From Octopus sinensis (taxonomy: Eukaryota), in assembly GCF_006345805.1 (NCBI RefSeq), contig NC_043001.1, positions 113,956,001 through 114,020,000 of the forward strand: a stretch of 64,000 nt of DNA, in the 5' to 3' direction. The notes under the pieces were generated by a model, which made no database searches, had not been told where the DNA came from, and saw nothing but the letters and a program-made list of their open reading frames with translations. This document shows positions 1-12,169 of the stretch, piece by piece (position 1 is the stretch's first letter; every line of letters begins with the position of its first letter). A program made the position numbers and the translations under genes.

Positions 1-1959
1 GTCTGTCTGTCTTTACCCATCACCCTCTATTGTCTTCTTATTGTCATCACAATTCTGGTCTTCACGCTTCTGTTTTTTTCTTTCTTAATTATCAATTATA
101 TTCTAGCTCTTCCACGTCAGTCAATCAAAGACAGTTATATTGGATACGCACACCTACATGCATAAACAGATTCATAGGTGCATATAGGCACATATAATAA
201 TTCATCCCCCACATTCATACCAACACACAATAACTTGTATACATACATACATGCGTATGAATTCTGTCAAATTTGCCTAGTGGAAAACATGCAGCTCTAA
301 TTCTATATCCACGCATGCAAAAATATACAAGGTACTCCCAAGTAATGAATCTCTTGCTTGTTTACTTGTTCTGCACCAATAACAACATTGCTTGGTTGCA
401 GACAGATTAGCTGAGGACTGTCGTCTATTCTTAATCAGAAGGACTGTAGACTGAGTCTCCTATTTACAAATATCTGAATTGTGGACAATGTCAATGAAAA
501 GGTAATTGCTTTTCAAAGATCTAACACTCCAGTGGTGAAATACTAACGCTTCAGCTGTCGTAATCTGAAACCTCGATAGTTTGTTTTTATTAATTAATCA
601 CTGTAGTGACAATGTATGTTCAATTCGTTTTGGTTGGATATTGACGTCTGTTTAAGTCGGTGAGTGAGGACCTATATCTAGTATTTTAAATTCTGCGAAA
701 GCAACATTGTACTGCGTAGTGCCAGGTCTGAGAATGCATAGAGATGTTTCTTGAATGAGAAAAATGCGTATCAGGTGGACTTAGGTGTAGTAGAGGTATT
801 GCAGTGATGCAGGGGATACGGAAGGAAAATAACAAAACATTGAGACCATTTGTGTAGCTGCTGGTTGCAGTGTCTTTCTGAAAATGTGTGTAACTACAGC
901 ACTCTCCCATCCATATACAAGGGCATTTCACCTAACTGCATCACGTTTTTCAATGCAGGGTGTCAACAAACAAAGGGGTTAAATGTATGTTTTATTTGCA
1001 TCAAATAAGAATCTTTGTCTTTCGGATGCAGGTTTCTCTGCAGCGTTAGATTTTTCAGTTTGACACGAGATATTATGAGATAATCTAATGTCTAGCATTT
1101 CTATTAACTTTCAGGGATATCTTTGCGTGTCATTCACTGATGGGTGCAGCGATTATACCTTTGTATAAGAGATTGCGGAAGGGAAATAAATTACTGTTGG
1201 TTGATTTGGTAGGGAAATTTCCGGCGTTGTTGGCTATTGTTACTTCTTTAGAGGGAGATACTATAGAGGCTTTAATAATGAGACCACAAAACAGCGAAAC
1301 AACTGAGATATGTGAAGCGTGAGAATGGCACCCGTCTGCGAAGAGTTAAGATTAACACTAGAAAGAAAACAGCAGGATGCGGTTTGATCTCTCACGCACA
1401 AGTTTTGAAGGGTCTGCAAAAGGTCACATGTGCTGCTCTTCCTTCTCTCACCAAAGCATACAAATAAAAATTCCGCCAACTTTTGATATGGCTATCGCTT
1501 TTCGAAATGTAAGCCAAGGATTATTTGCTGAAGTGAAAAAATCAATAGAAATATAGATTTAACAAGCAGTAAATTGCCAAATATATAAACTAAATAAAAG
1601 AAAGAATATTACGAATATTAAAGATAACTCAATAAATGTGTACATAAATACGAGAAAAAAAATCCGCCATGTTTTGCAACTGTTGTTGTTAGTAGAAATG
1701 TTAGTAGAAATAATTAGATAGTTGTTTATGTGACATGAGAGTTCCATTCACGACGTCAAGCGTAGATGGAGCATAGTGTAATATTTCAATACGAATAAAT
1801 GGCTGCCGTATAGCATTGCTCGCCGAGGCTTCTCCACTACAGGCGGCAAACGTTATAAAATGTATGTGTGTGTGTACATGCACATACACACGCATGCACG
1901 CGAACATGTTTGTATGTATATATATTTCTCTATCTCTCTCACCCGATCTGTGTCTCTTA

Positions 1960-2014
<55 letters not shown>

Positions 2015-2044
2015 AATGTATATATATGCATATACATACATACG

Positions 2045-2087
<43 letters not shown>

Positions 2088-3157
2088 TGACATTATAGGA
2101 AGAGTTATTGCTGTTATTATTGATGCTGTTGTTTAATGGTAGGGCTGTCTGTATTAGTATCAACCGAATTAAGAATAGTTTATCCCGATTCAGCTAAATG
2201 GGGAAATTCAAAACCTTGCTATAATATCCTCTTCTCTTATTTTTATTTGTATAATTTTTTTTGTATAATTTGTTTATTTCTTTTATTTTTTATTCATCTC
2301 TTTTTTTGTTTTTCTTCTCATCATCAAAACTAGAGCTGCGTCACAATAACCAATACCGACAATTTCCAACTCTACAACATCTTCACTACTGCAAATGCCA
2401 TCAACACCATGAAACCATTTAAGTTATCATTACTGCGATCGCTACCACTACGACGACTACTTATACCAACAGTATAGTAACACTTATGCAAACATCCCTG
2501 CCGACACTGTTACCACGACGAAGTGACAACCAGTGTTGCTGTTAACATTGTCAACTTCATTATCTCCATCACCATCACAAACACCACCGTCGCCGCCACA
2601 AAACCCCCCACCCCCAGCACCTCCACCCCCATAAATCTCCACACCCACCACCAAGGCTGCCGCCGCTGCTGCGTCGGTGTCGCCATCACTACCATCAGCT
2701 CCATCACCATCCACCATCAACACCGCTTTGAAAATCATACCTGCTTGCTGCTACAAAATTACAACCAAGCCCCACAAGAGCCACCACTAGCGCCACCAGC
2801 GGCATCGCGGCCACCAGCGTCACTTACGGTGCCGACGCCGCCTACAATACCGACATCACCTACGGTACCGCCGCCACCAGCGCCTCCAGTTGTACTGCCT
2901 CTACCATCACCAGCGCCACTTCTGCCACTATCGGCACCTCTACCAGCAGAGCTACCGATAATTCACCAACGGAATCACTACTCTCTTTGCTTCCACTACA
3001 TCCACCGACGCCAATGCCGCCAGCATCAACACTGCTCTCATGAGCACCACCATCACCACCACAATATCTTCTACCAACTCTCTCTCTCTCTCTGCTAATA
3101 TTATCACTATCATCATCGCCATAATTACTAGCATTAACATCATTATCTACACTATTA

Positions 3158-3556
3158 GGCGCAGGAGTGGCTGTGTGGTAAGTAGCTTGCTAACCAACCA
3201 CATGGTTCCGAGTTCAGTCCCACTGCGTGGCATCTTGGCCAAGTGTCTTCTGCTATAGCCCCGGGCCGACCAATGCCTTGTGAGTGGATTTGGTAGACGG
3301 AAACTGAAAGAAGCCTGTCGTATATATGTATATATATATATGTGTGTGTGTGTTTGTGTGTCTGTGTTTGTCCCCCTAACATTGCTTGACAGCCGATGCT
3401 GGTGTGTTTAGGTCCCCGTCACTTAGCGGTTCGGCAAAAGAGACCGATAGAATAAGTACTGGGCTTACAAAGAATAAGTCCCGGGGTCGAGTTGCTCGAC
3501 TAAAGGCGGTGCTCCAGCATGGCCGCAGTCAAATGACTGAAACAAGTAAAAGAGTA
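3158..3556 (+). mobile_element. tRNA-derived CORE-like SINE, family A
   Basis: A box tggctgtgtgg, B box gttcagtccc, CORE-like gcgtggcatcttggccaagtgtctt, central (TA)/(TG) microsatellite, 3' end gactgaaacaagtaaaagag. Homologous copies occur at 28984, 29405 and 52234. Confidence 0.9.
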
Positions 3557-3614
3557 TTGTTAATATCATCACGATTAACCTCAACAGAAACTTTTCCACT
3601 GTCACCATTAGCAA

Positions 3615-3647
<33 letters not shown>

Positions 3648-3648
3648 A

Positions 3649-3728
<80 letters not shown>

Positions 3729-3877
3729 TACTACTAATTTTGTCACCCATAAATCTATGCGATGTGTAAATCACTCAAATTGATGCAACTTAGGCTTAGC
3801 TGGAAAAGCGCATGTTCTTTTTAAATTCAAGAATTTCACCAATCTGTTTAGTTCCAGATCCGAAATTTTCAGCAAAT

Positions 3878-4189
3878 GCAAACATCTTTTGTCGATCTGG
3901 AGGACACCACCCGCTGATTTGAATTGCCTTTCTTGCAGATTTTGGAATCCTCACCTTTGAATTATTCCACACCAGTTATGTTAATTACGATTTCTACAGC
4001 CAAATGGCACACAACTCTTAGTTTCTTTTCTTGTCGATCTGGAGATCGACAAAAGATGTTTGCCCACCCGCTGATTTGAATTGCCTTTCTTGCAGATTTT
4101 GGAATCCTCACCTTTGAATTATTCCACACCAGTTATGTTAATTACGATTTCTACAGCCAAATGGCACACAACTCTTAGTTTCTTTTCTT
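3878..4189. repeat. 126-bp direct duplication with templated direct and inverted junction inserts
   Basis: 3907-4032 is identical to 4064-4189. Junction 4031-4044 copies 3889-3902, and 4043-4063 is the reverse complement of 3878-3898. Confidence 0.95.
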
Positions 4190-4448
4190 TCCTTTCTTTT
4201 TCTCTATTTATTCAACATTTGTCTTCTCATCCCACTTTTTGAGTCAACCATCTCATTTTATTCCCATAGACTCTCATGTACATACGTCTTGGATGAAACA
4301 GGACTAACCATGTATCCTGAGCCTGCAAGATTCCTTTGAGACACAACGTACTTTATATTAAATGTGTGCCCATAGCAAGAATTCATTAGTAACTCTCATT
4401 GTAATACTGAGTATATCAAATAATATATATGCATGTGTAAGTATATAT

Positions 4449-4565
4449 ATTAATCAATATAAGGGTAGCAAAAAATTCAATAGAAATTTTTTCGCCACCA
4501 GCGGTCCAGTGAGAAAGAGAAAATAGTCGCAGAATGAATTTTTTGCTACCCTTATATTGATTAAT
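4449..4565. repeat. Perfect 31-bp inverted repeat with a 55-bp spacer
   Basis: attaatcaatataagggtagcaaaaaattca (4449-4479) and its exact reverse complement (4535-4565). Confidence 0.95.
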
Positions 4566-4950
4566 TAATGATTTTTGACTAATTTTGAAACTGAATCAGC
4601 AGTTTATATTTGCTGCTGACAAGTTGGAGCGTTTACGGTAGATTTTGAAAAGTTAGAGTATATATTCCCGAGGCATCATTGAGGCTGCCTCGTGGAATAT
4701 TTATTCCCCCTGGTTCCCTTGCCGATGAGACGAACCAATGGTAGATTAACTTGATTAAATTAAATTTAATTTAATTAGGCTGGTTTGCCATAAATTACGT
4801 TGAAACAATGCATTGTCCAAGGATGATTAAGGTAAATGTTTTTGATTTTCCTTTAATTTCTGAATTACTACTATTTAGCGGTTTGAGTATGGCTGCTCTT
4901 TCTAGTGAGACGAATGGTCTATCAGGATCATTCCTTTATATTGTTGTAAG

Positions 4951-5021
<71 letters not shown>

Positions 5022-5249
5022 GTATATTATAGGCATCGACACACGACACATTCAGGTTGTCGATTAACAGTTTTCTTTTATAACATCGGAGTACTTAAGG
5101 CAAATCTCACAAACCGTAAAAAATATAGATGCGTGAACAAATTTCTACAAAAATACACAAAAAATATACATACAAATACATATTAACATATAAAAATATG
5201 TACATGAATATATAAGGAAAATTATGTTTTTTTTCTATTCTCTTTATTC

Positions 5250-5720
5250 CAAATGAGGAGGACTTTAAGTCTATTACGTTTTCCCTGATGAATGAACTTA
5301 TTATGTGGGAGGTGGACAGGAATACTTTATCCATCCCCACTTTACAGTCTGCATCTCCTACTCTCATAACAATGGTGCATTTTACTAGCGCTCATGGTCT
5401 TTGGCGGTTCATAAGTTGGAGGAGGACATCTTTAAGCTTTCGGTTGTTGTCAGTACTTGATGCAAGTAGCACTGTAAACAAGATGTTTTTGTTTGCTTGC
5501 GGCTTTGCCCATGTTTGGAAATGCAACCCGAAAACAACTGTAGTAACAACTAGATCTTTCATCTCTGGGGCCTGCTGTTGTTAGTTTTACTATCTCTGTT
5601 TATGCCTAGTGCCTGTTGCCCTCTTATCTTACCTGCTGAGTACATGTTGCTCAAATAGCCTTTATTACCCCAAGAGTAGCAAAGGTGATTCCTACACTCT
5701 ATCACTCTTTTTGACCATAT
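5250..5720 (-). pseudogene. Possible heavily decayed RTE-type AP endonuclease fragment
   Basis: Minus-strand GPR..CLQCY..TIVMRVGDADCKVGMD resembles the RTE APE pattern GPRII..IQCYAPT..ILMGDLNAKVGMD. The match is only motif-level. Confidence 0.3.
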
Positions 5721-7344
5721 CTCTGGTCTAAAATGGGGTACTTCTACGGGAGAGCCTTAATGTAATCGAGTTTAGTTGGACGTGGTTGTCCATTCTGAAC
5801 CCCTCAAAGCTACATTATACGTTCATTCATGCCTGAATGCAAAAGTAATGTAAGCCAAGACCAGACCTTCGCGCTAACATTTATGCTTATGATCCTTATA
5901 TGAATGAGACCCATGCAACGTGCGTCGTACTAGTTCTATTTCCCCAATCCTTAGGTTCAAAGTTCCCGTACACTTTTCTGTTTATCTTTTCCTTGTCTAA
6001 GTTGCACGCATCCTGTCACAAATCGGTTACAATTTCCTCTAACTCTTCCTTGAGAGCATATAGCAACCGCCACCACACTTTTGACAAAAAAAAAAAGGGA
6101 CTTATGAAATTCTTGCGATGCTCTTCGATAAAAAAATATTATATCTTTTGTCACTTAGCTCATATATTTCCACTCTTTTTCCAAGCCAGGTCACATGTTT
6201 TGACTCATACCACTTGCGAAAACAGAATGGTATTCCTCTCAGCATTGTTTTTGCTCCTCCTTCAGTTTATTTTCCAAATGTAGCAGACATTATAGTTTTC
6301 TGCCTTCCATTATACTACTGTACGTGTTTAAGCTTGAAGCAGCGTTTATTTGATTCATTGTGTGTTCTTTTCTCAATACCATATTTTGTCATCATACAAA
6401 TTTTATTGAGCTGTGTTTACTCAAGTTAATGAAACTACTACTACTATTGTGGAGAAGACATCATCCTGCTACTTCTGTGACCACCATGAACCACGTGTAA
6501 ATATATAAATCACTATTTGCCAGTAATATATATAGGCAGCGCAAACACTTAAAAGGAAGCACTTCCTCTACCTCACGGTAATCGAACGGACTCTGAACAA
6601 TTCGCAAATTTTCATTCAAAAAATTTGTCACAAAAGGTTCCTCGTTCATAAAGCAATCTTTTATAAAAATTCATTTTTCAAAACCCTCCCAGAGACATCC
6701 ACTTATAACGAAGAAAGAGAGGAGCTTTTGAAAAGCGAAACAATAAATAAATGACAGCATAAACACGTGACTGCCTATGAGATAAAGTAGTGAAACAGAA
6801 GCACACATGCGCACAGGTGTATATATTGTCTGGTTTCGCACACTTTCACACAGGTACTCACGCAAAAGAAAGCGTTGAAACATGCGAACGCGCACATATA
6901 GTTACATTCTCTTATACGTACACAGATGCAAGAAGAATGAAAACGTGTACACACACACATATGCGTACATACATTCTTTGCCTATCGAGCAAATGACGAC
7001 GCAAATTGAAGAGAGAAAGATAACAAATACAAACGAAATAAAATATTTTGTTATATTTCAAAAGAAAAGAAAGCAAATTTTGAAAAGAACAACAACAACA
7101 ACACCAGTAGCGTCAACAACAGCTGAAAAAAAAGAAAAAAACCAAGAAAATAAAAATTTTTAAGATAAAATCTGAAAAAAAAAAAGAATCGATTTTTAAC
7201 CACATGTAAACTGGAAGTTAATAATAAAAATGTTGATTGATGTTTGACGACAGGAAGTGAAATATCCAATATTGTTATATTGATGTTGTTATTCGTGCCT
7301 TTGTTATTATTGTTCTTAATACAACAATAGCAATAATAAAAATA

Positions 7345-7625
7345 TAACAATGAAAAACATTAACATAATATTGAAGAATGAGGAAAAGACCATTAGAATA
7401 AAACCAATAACCATAAGAAAAGGAATATTCCAAGGAGATTCTTTGCCCACGCTACTTTTCGACGTTGCTCTGACCCAACTAATTTTCTTACGTTTATAAG
7501 TTACAGATTCTGTGGGCAAATTATGAATCGTCTATACTTGGATGACCTTAAAATTTTCACGAGAAATAATTTGAAAACCTAAAACTTGTGCATAGTTCCA
7601 TACATCATAGGATTAATTTGGGACG
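7345..7625 (+). pseudogene. Older divergent R4-like RT fragment
   Basis: Translates to IKPITIRKGIFQGDSLPTLLFDVAL and NRLYLDDLKIF (QGD and YxDD motifs), with frameshifts. Confidence 0.7.
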
Positions 7626-7626
7626 A

Positions 7627-7709
7627 GCAAACCACAGCACATACCCAAGGCACACAGAGCTGCGCTCAGTAATGCATTGAAAATAAGACTACTGAATAAT
7701 AATAATAAT
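7627..7709 (+). mobile_element. Family A copy 3: ~70-bp 3'UTR-only insertion followed by (AAT)n
   Basis: gcaaaccacagcacatacccaaggcacacagagctgcgctc...gactactga-aataataat matches the family A 3'UTR at 46630-46710. Confidence 0.8.
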
Positions 7710-7989
7710 GACAAGAAGAAGAAGAAAAGTAAGAAGTAAAAGAAGCACCTTTTCTGTTTGATTTCAGTCATGCCATTTCTAAACATATATGTTTATTAAT
7801 GTAGAAATGGGTGGTAGCTATTAATTGTTGGTTTTGTGGTGCCATTGTTAGATGTTGATAGATATCACTTCCTAAGAATTGGGTGTATAGTAGTCATAGA
7901 AAACGAGAGACGAGAAGAAAGGGAGATAAGAGCGAAAGAGACAGGCAGGTATACAGGCGAGCGGGATAGAAAGACATAAATATCATTAT

Positions 7990-8578
7990 ATTTCTTTATT
8001 GCCCAGAAGGGGCTAAACATAGAGGGGACAGACAAGGACAGACAAAGGGATTAAATCAATTACATCGGCCCAGTGCGTAACTGGTACTTAATTTATCGAC
8101 CCTGAAAAGATGAAAGGCAAAGTCGACCTCAGTGGAATTTGAACTCAGAATGTAGCGGCAGATGAATTACCTGTTTCTTTACTACCCACAAGGGGCTAAA
8201 CACGGAGAGGACAAACAAGGACAGACAAACGGATTAAGTCAATTATAGCGACCCCAGTGCGTAACTGTAACTTATTTAATCGACCTCGAAAGGATGAAAG
8301 ACAAAGTCGACCTCGGCGGAATTTGAACTCAGAACGTAGCGGCAGATGAATTACCTGTTTCTTTACTACCCACAAGGGGCTAAACACAAACAGGACAAAC
8401 AAAGACAGACAAACGGATTAAGTCAATTATATCGACCCCAGTGCGTAACTGGTACTTCATTTATCGACTCCGAAGGGATGAAAGGTAAAGTCGATCTCGG
8501 CGGACTTTTGAACTCAGAACGTAACGGCAGACGAAATACGGCTACGCATTTCGCCCAGCGTGCTAACGATTCTACCAG
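7990..8578 (-). mobile_element. Head-to-tail trimer of tRNA-derived SINE family B
   Basis: Three units with a 184-bp period and the identical junction gcggcagatgaattacctgtttctttactac. Only the rightmost unit keeps the 5' head. Confidence 0.9.
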
Positions 8579-8734
8579 ATTCAGTAGAAGTTCTAAGAAA
8601 AGGAATTAAAATAGATATTAGGAGGAGTCTAAAATTTGAAACTATTTCGCCCAGCGTGCTAACGATTCTACCAGATTCAGTAGAAGTTCTAAGAAAAGGA
8701 ATTAAAATAGATATTAGGAGGAATCTAAAATTTG
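8548..8734. repeat. Tandem duplication, 96-bp period, including the SINE B head and its flank
   Basis: 8548-8638 versus 8644-8734, with one mismatch. Confidence 0.9.
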
Positions 8735-10481
8735 TTCGTTGCGTTGTTATAGTATTGGACGAACTGGTTAGCAAAGTCAACACATTATTGAAATATGAGA
8801 CAGAAATTGCAGGATATGTTGATGTTTCTTAGCTTCTGTTTTTGAAAGTGGCGGTAGATTTGTTATAGAAAACGAGCTACGATGAAAGACTGGTTAACTT
8901 ATTTCATTTAATCATTTCTATTTGTCGTCCTGATAGATATATGAAATGAATATATGCAGTATTGCGTCATTGCTGTGTTTACAGTATTTTATGTATGTGT
9001 TTTGCAGCGGTATATATGCTATTTGAGGTACTTAACTGCTTCACAACAAACGATAACAAATAAAGAAAATAACTAACGTGCTTCGTCAACACGGATAACG
9101 AAATAAATACATCATTGCTGTGTTTACAGAATTTAATGGATACATTTTGCAGTAGTATATATTCCCTTGGTAGTATTTAGGAGTCTTGTAAGTTTGTTAA
9201 AGTTTGTGCTGCACTTAACAAATTTCGTAGCTGTGTAGCTTAAGATTTCAACTGTTCATCTTTTGTAGCTGTTTTCCACACTGGAGAATGATCTGAAAAT
9301 TGATTTATGAATTCTATGTGAATTTTGAAATTTACTAGCATAGAAATGTAGCAAGAGTTGCTTTAAAGTCTTCTTAGTGGTGAAAGACAGCAGATGTTTG
9401 CATGTTCCAGGATCCAGAAGAAATTATGTACTCAAACACTCGCAGATTTCGAATTTTTATGATGATATATTTTTAGGCAACCTAAGGTGTGTTCTTGTGA
9501 TAAAAAAGAAATGTTTGCGCGTTCGAGTAGTGAAAAAATTTTATATAATTACAGAAGATTGCATAATTTGAAGTTTAAAATTTATTTTTAAAGAAAATTT
9601 CAATAAACAAAAACATGGCAGTCCACGTGAAATCCACGCCGACTTCATTGTGGCAAGGTTTTTCAATAATTTTCTCTAGTTTCCCATCTCAGTCTTCTAA
9701 AATGTTTACATTTGTTCTGTGGCCCTGAGAGAGCACCTACGGAAACACTTAACTTCGGGTTTTGAGAACAGAATGACCTTATATGCCTTTTTGAAAAATT
9801 CTGCTTCATAATACTTAGTCTAATTTTCTAACATGAGGAAATTTCTAATCTATAGGAGTTGTAGGTACAGGAGAAAATATTTCTGAATTCTCTTCTACTC
9901 TGTCTTCAAGCAAATCCACCATCTAGAGAGGAACGTGACTTAATTACTGCTGAAGCTAATTCTAAAGCGTCAGCTCTCTTTTTTTCCTAGAGTGGCAACG
10001 CGAATAGTAACAATGATAACAACAATAAAACGGCAGAAAAAAACAAACATACCAGCACCACCGCCTCTGCCGCTACCACCACCTCTGCCGCTACCACCAC
10101 AACAGCAACAACGATGAGAAAAACAATACGATATTGTAAACATCATCAAGGAAAACAGTAGTAGTAACAACTGTATCATCAAATGATAGGTTACTACAAC
10201 CAGGAAATCGGTCTTGTTGTTTGCTTGTGTAATGCGACCGTGGATTCCTTTATCCTGGAAGACGACACGAAGCTGAATCCAAGGCATCGGAATTGCTAAG
10301 CCAGACCGGACCTAATCGAACTTCTCAAAAAGGAACAAAAAAGGAAAGGAATACTTACCTATAAATGCACTAAGAAGAAAAACAGAAGGGTTGATAACCT
10401 AACAGTAGCACAAAAGGAGAGATACTTGAATAGTGTACCACCTGAAATGAGCTTTAACTACTTTATATTGAATTTGAGGAG

Positions 10482-10772
10482 CATCGCCCGGCGTTGCTCG
10501 GGTTTGTAAGGGAAATAACTATATAAGCATTTTTAGAGAGTTACTTCCCTTATATAATAGCAAAAAATGCATTAAAAATGGGAAAAAATGATGGTAATTT
10601 TTTTTTAAATCGTAGACTCATCGTAGACGCGCGCTAATACCCAGAAGGGCTCGATATGAATCACGACTATAAGATACCCGCTTTTGGTTACACTGCACCG
10701 CAAAATATGGGAGTAGTTAGGAATCTAAATCGTAGGAGACAGACACACAACTTCACTTTTATATATAAAGAT
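10482..10772 (+). mobile_element. Helentron/HINE-like non-autonomous element
   Basis: 5' atcgcccggcgttgctcggg stem-loop and 3' ..agacagacacacaacttcacttttatatataaagat match the usual end architecture of Helitron-derived short elements. Confidence 0.55.
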
Positions 10773-11064
10773 TTGAGGAGTAGAGTAAAATTGTTAGTAT
10801 GAAAAGATTTCCTCCTCCACAAGGTTGTCTGAAATAAATGTGGAGCTGCAAGACGCTGCGGACGCAAAAGAAAAACAATGAAAATAAACAAAATCTTGCA
10901 AATGATCTCTGAATTAATTTACTTGAACAATGTGGACCTCATAAGTTATGTGATAGAAAACGGAGAGTGCAGCTGTTATTATTGAGGAAGTAACAATCAC
11001 CAGAAGGCTTTCTGCTCTCTAGCACAGATTAATATCCCCACAGATTTAACATCAACAAATTCAA

Positions 11065-11316
11065 TCATCATCATTCATCATTGTTCGACCGTGGTCGAGA
11101 CAATGGAATTTACTATGCTACGCCAGACTTCACGGTCCATCATGGCATTACGGAGGTCCTGTTGCTGGATGCCTGTATCCCTGGAGATTACATCAGGGTA
11201 GGAGAGTGTGCGCCCTCTGGTATTGCGAGTAGATGGCTTCCAGAGGAGAAGAGTAGAAATTACTTCTTTTTCAGCTCTACAACAATGTCCAGCAAACTGG
11301 ACTCTCCAACCTTTCA
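11065..11316 (-). mobile_element. RTE/RTE-X-like LINE 3' end with (TGA)n tail and 12-bp TSD
   Basis: RVQFAGHCCRAEKEVISTLLLWKP..RGRTLSYPDVISRDTG..MMDREVWRSIVNSI..*, then tgatga repeats. caacaaattcaa is duplicated at 11053-11064 and 11317-11328. Confidence 0.85.
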
Positions 11317-11624
11317 CAACAAATTCAAAATCAACATCATAAACGACAGAAAACCAAGACCGAGAATGCATACATATGCAAAACCAGATTTCAGCGGCCC
11401 CCAACCCTCTGATAAATAACGAAAAAGATAAACGAGGAGCTTAGGGAGTGACAAGTTATCACCAGAAAGGTCAAACACATAAGAGTAAAAACCAGAAACT
11501 CAAACATAAAATCTTCAAAAGTAAGTGAAACAATAAGAATACTCAAAAACTTTTCATCCACCAACAGATGCATTGATGCACCAGTAAGAACACCTAATGT
11601 AATTCGGAATTCATAACAGCGGTA

Positions 11625-11680
<56 letters not shown>

Positions 11681-11718
11681 AACTGCTGCTGCTACTACTG
11701 CTGCTTCTACTGCTGCTG

Positions 11719-11754
<36 letters not shown>

Positions 11755-12169
11755 GTATTATTTTATTGCTTTTATTAATTTCTTTCCTTTTGGGATTCAT
11801 TTTCTATTATCGCCCCCCCCCCGAGTCACAAACTGATGTAATGTATAAGTCAAGTTATTAATTACTTCTCGCTACCTTAATAGGAAATGCTACTTTCATT
11901 GTACCTTCAGCATTACAATACAACACAAAAAAACATAATTTGGAAAAAAAAAATCCTTTGTGTCTACGTTGTATTGAGGTCTAAATTTAAAAAATACTGT
12001 AAAATGTAAAATTCAAAATATTTAAACCTGAAAGCATAAAACGGTCTAGAAATATTGATTATTTTTAAGTGTTTATTTACGTAAAACACGTAAACATAGA
12101 GCTGTAGGAATAACATTTAAAAGAAGTAAGAAAAGCACGCCAAACATTTAGGGTACTCTTAATTTACAG

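Noticed and set aside
230-1560. Non-repetitive segment with short ORFs
   Set aside because: No recognisable motif in six frames. Possibly old TE debris, left unassigned.
2484-3143. Pro/His/Thr-rich 191-aa ORF
   Set aside because: Decayed (ACC)/(CAT) triplet repeat. Overlapping low-complexity ORFs occur in several frames, with no domain or splice evidence.
3158-3230. tRNA-like A and B boxes here and at other SINE heads
   Set aside because: They do not fold into a full cloverleaf and continue into SINE bodies, so they are not tRNA genes.
3790-4200. Minus-strand SCVPFGCRNRN...GWCPP resembling a THAP domain
   Set aside because: Only scattered residues across frameshifts. It would need a tblastn/HMM hit to be supported.
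5950-6300. Possible R4-like N-terminal remnant (EIYELSDKR..EELEEI); similar hint at 10850-11050
   Set aside because: Too degenerate to distinguish from chance without an alignment.
9615-9680. GSPREIHADF resembling a mariner transposase N-terminus
   Set aside because: Nine residues only, with no continuation or TIR.
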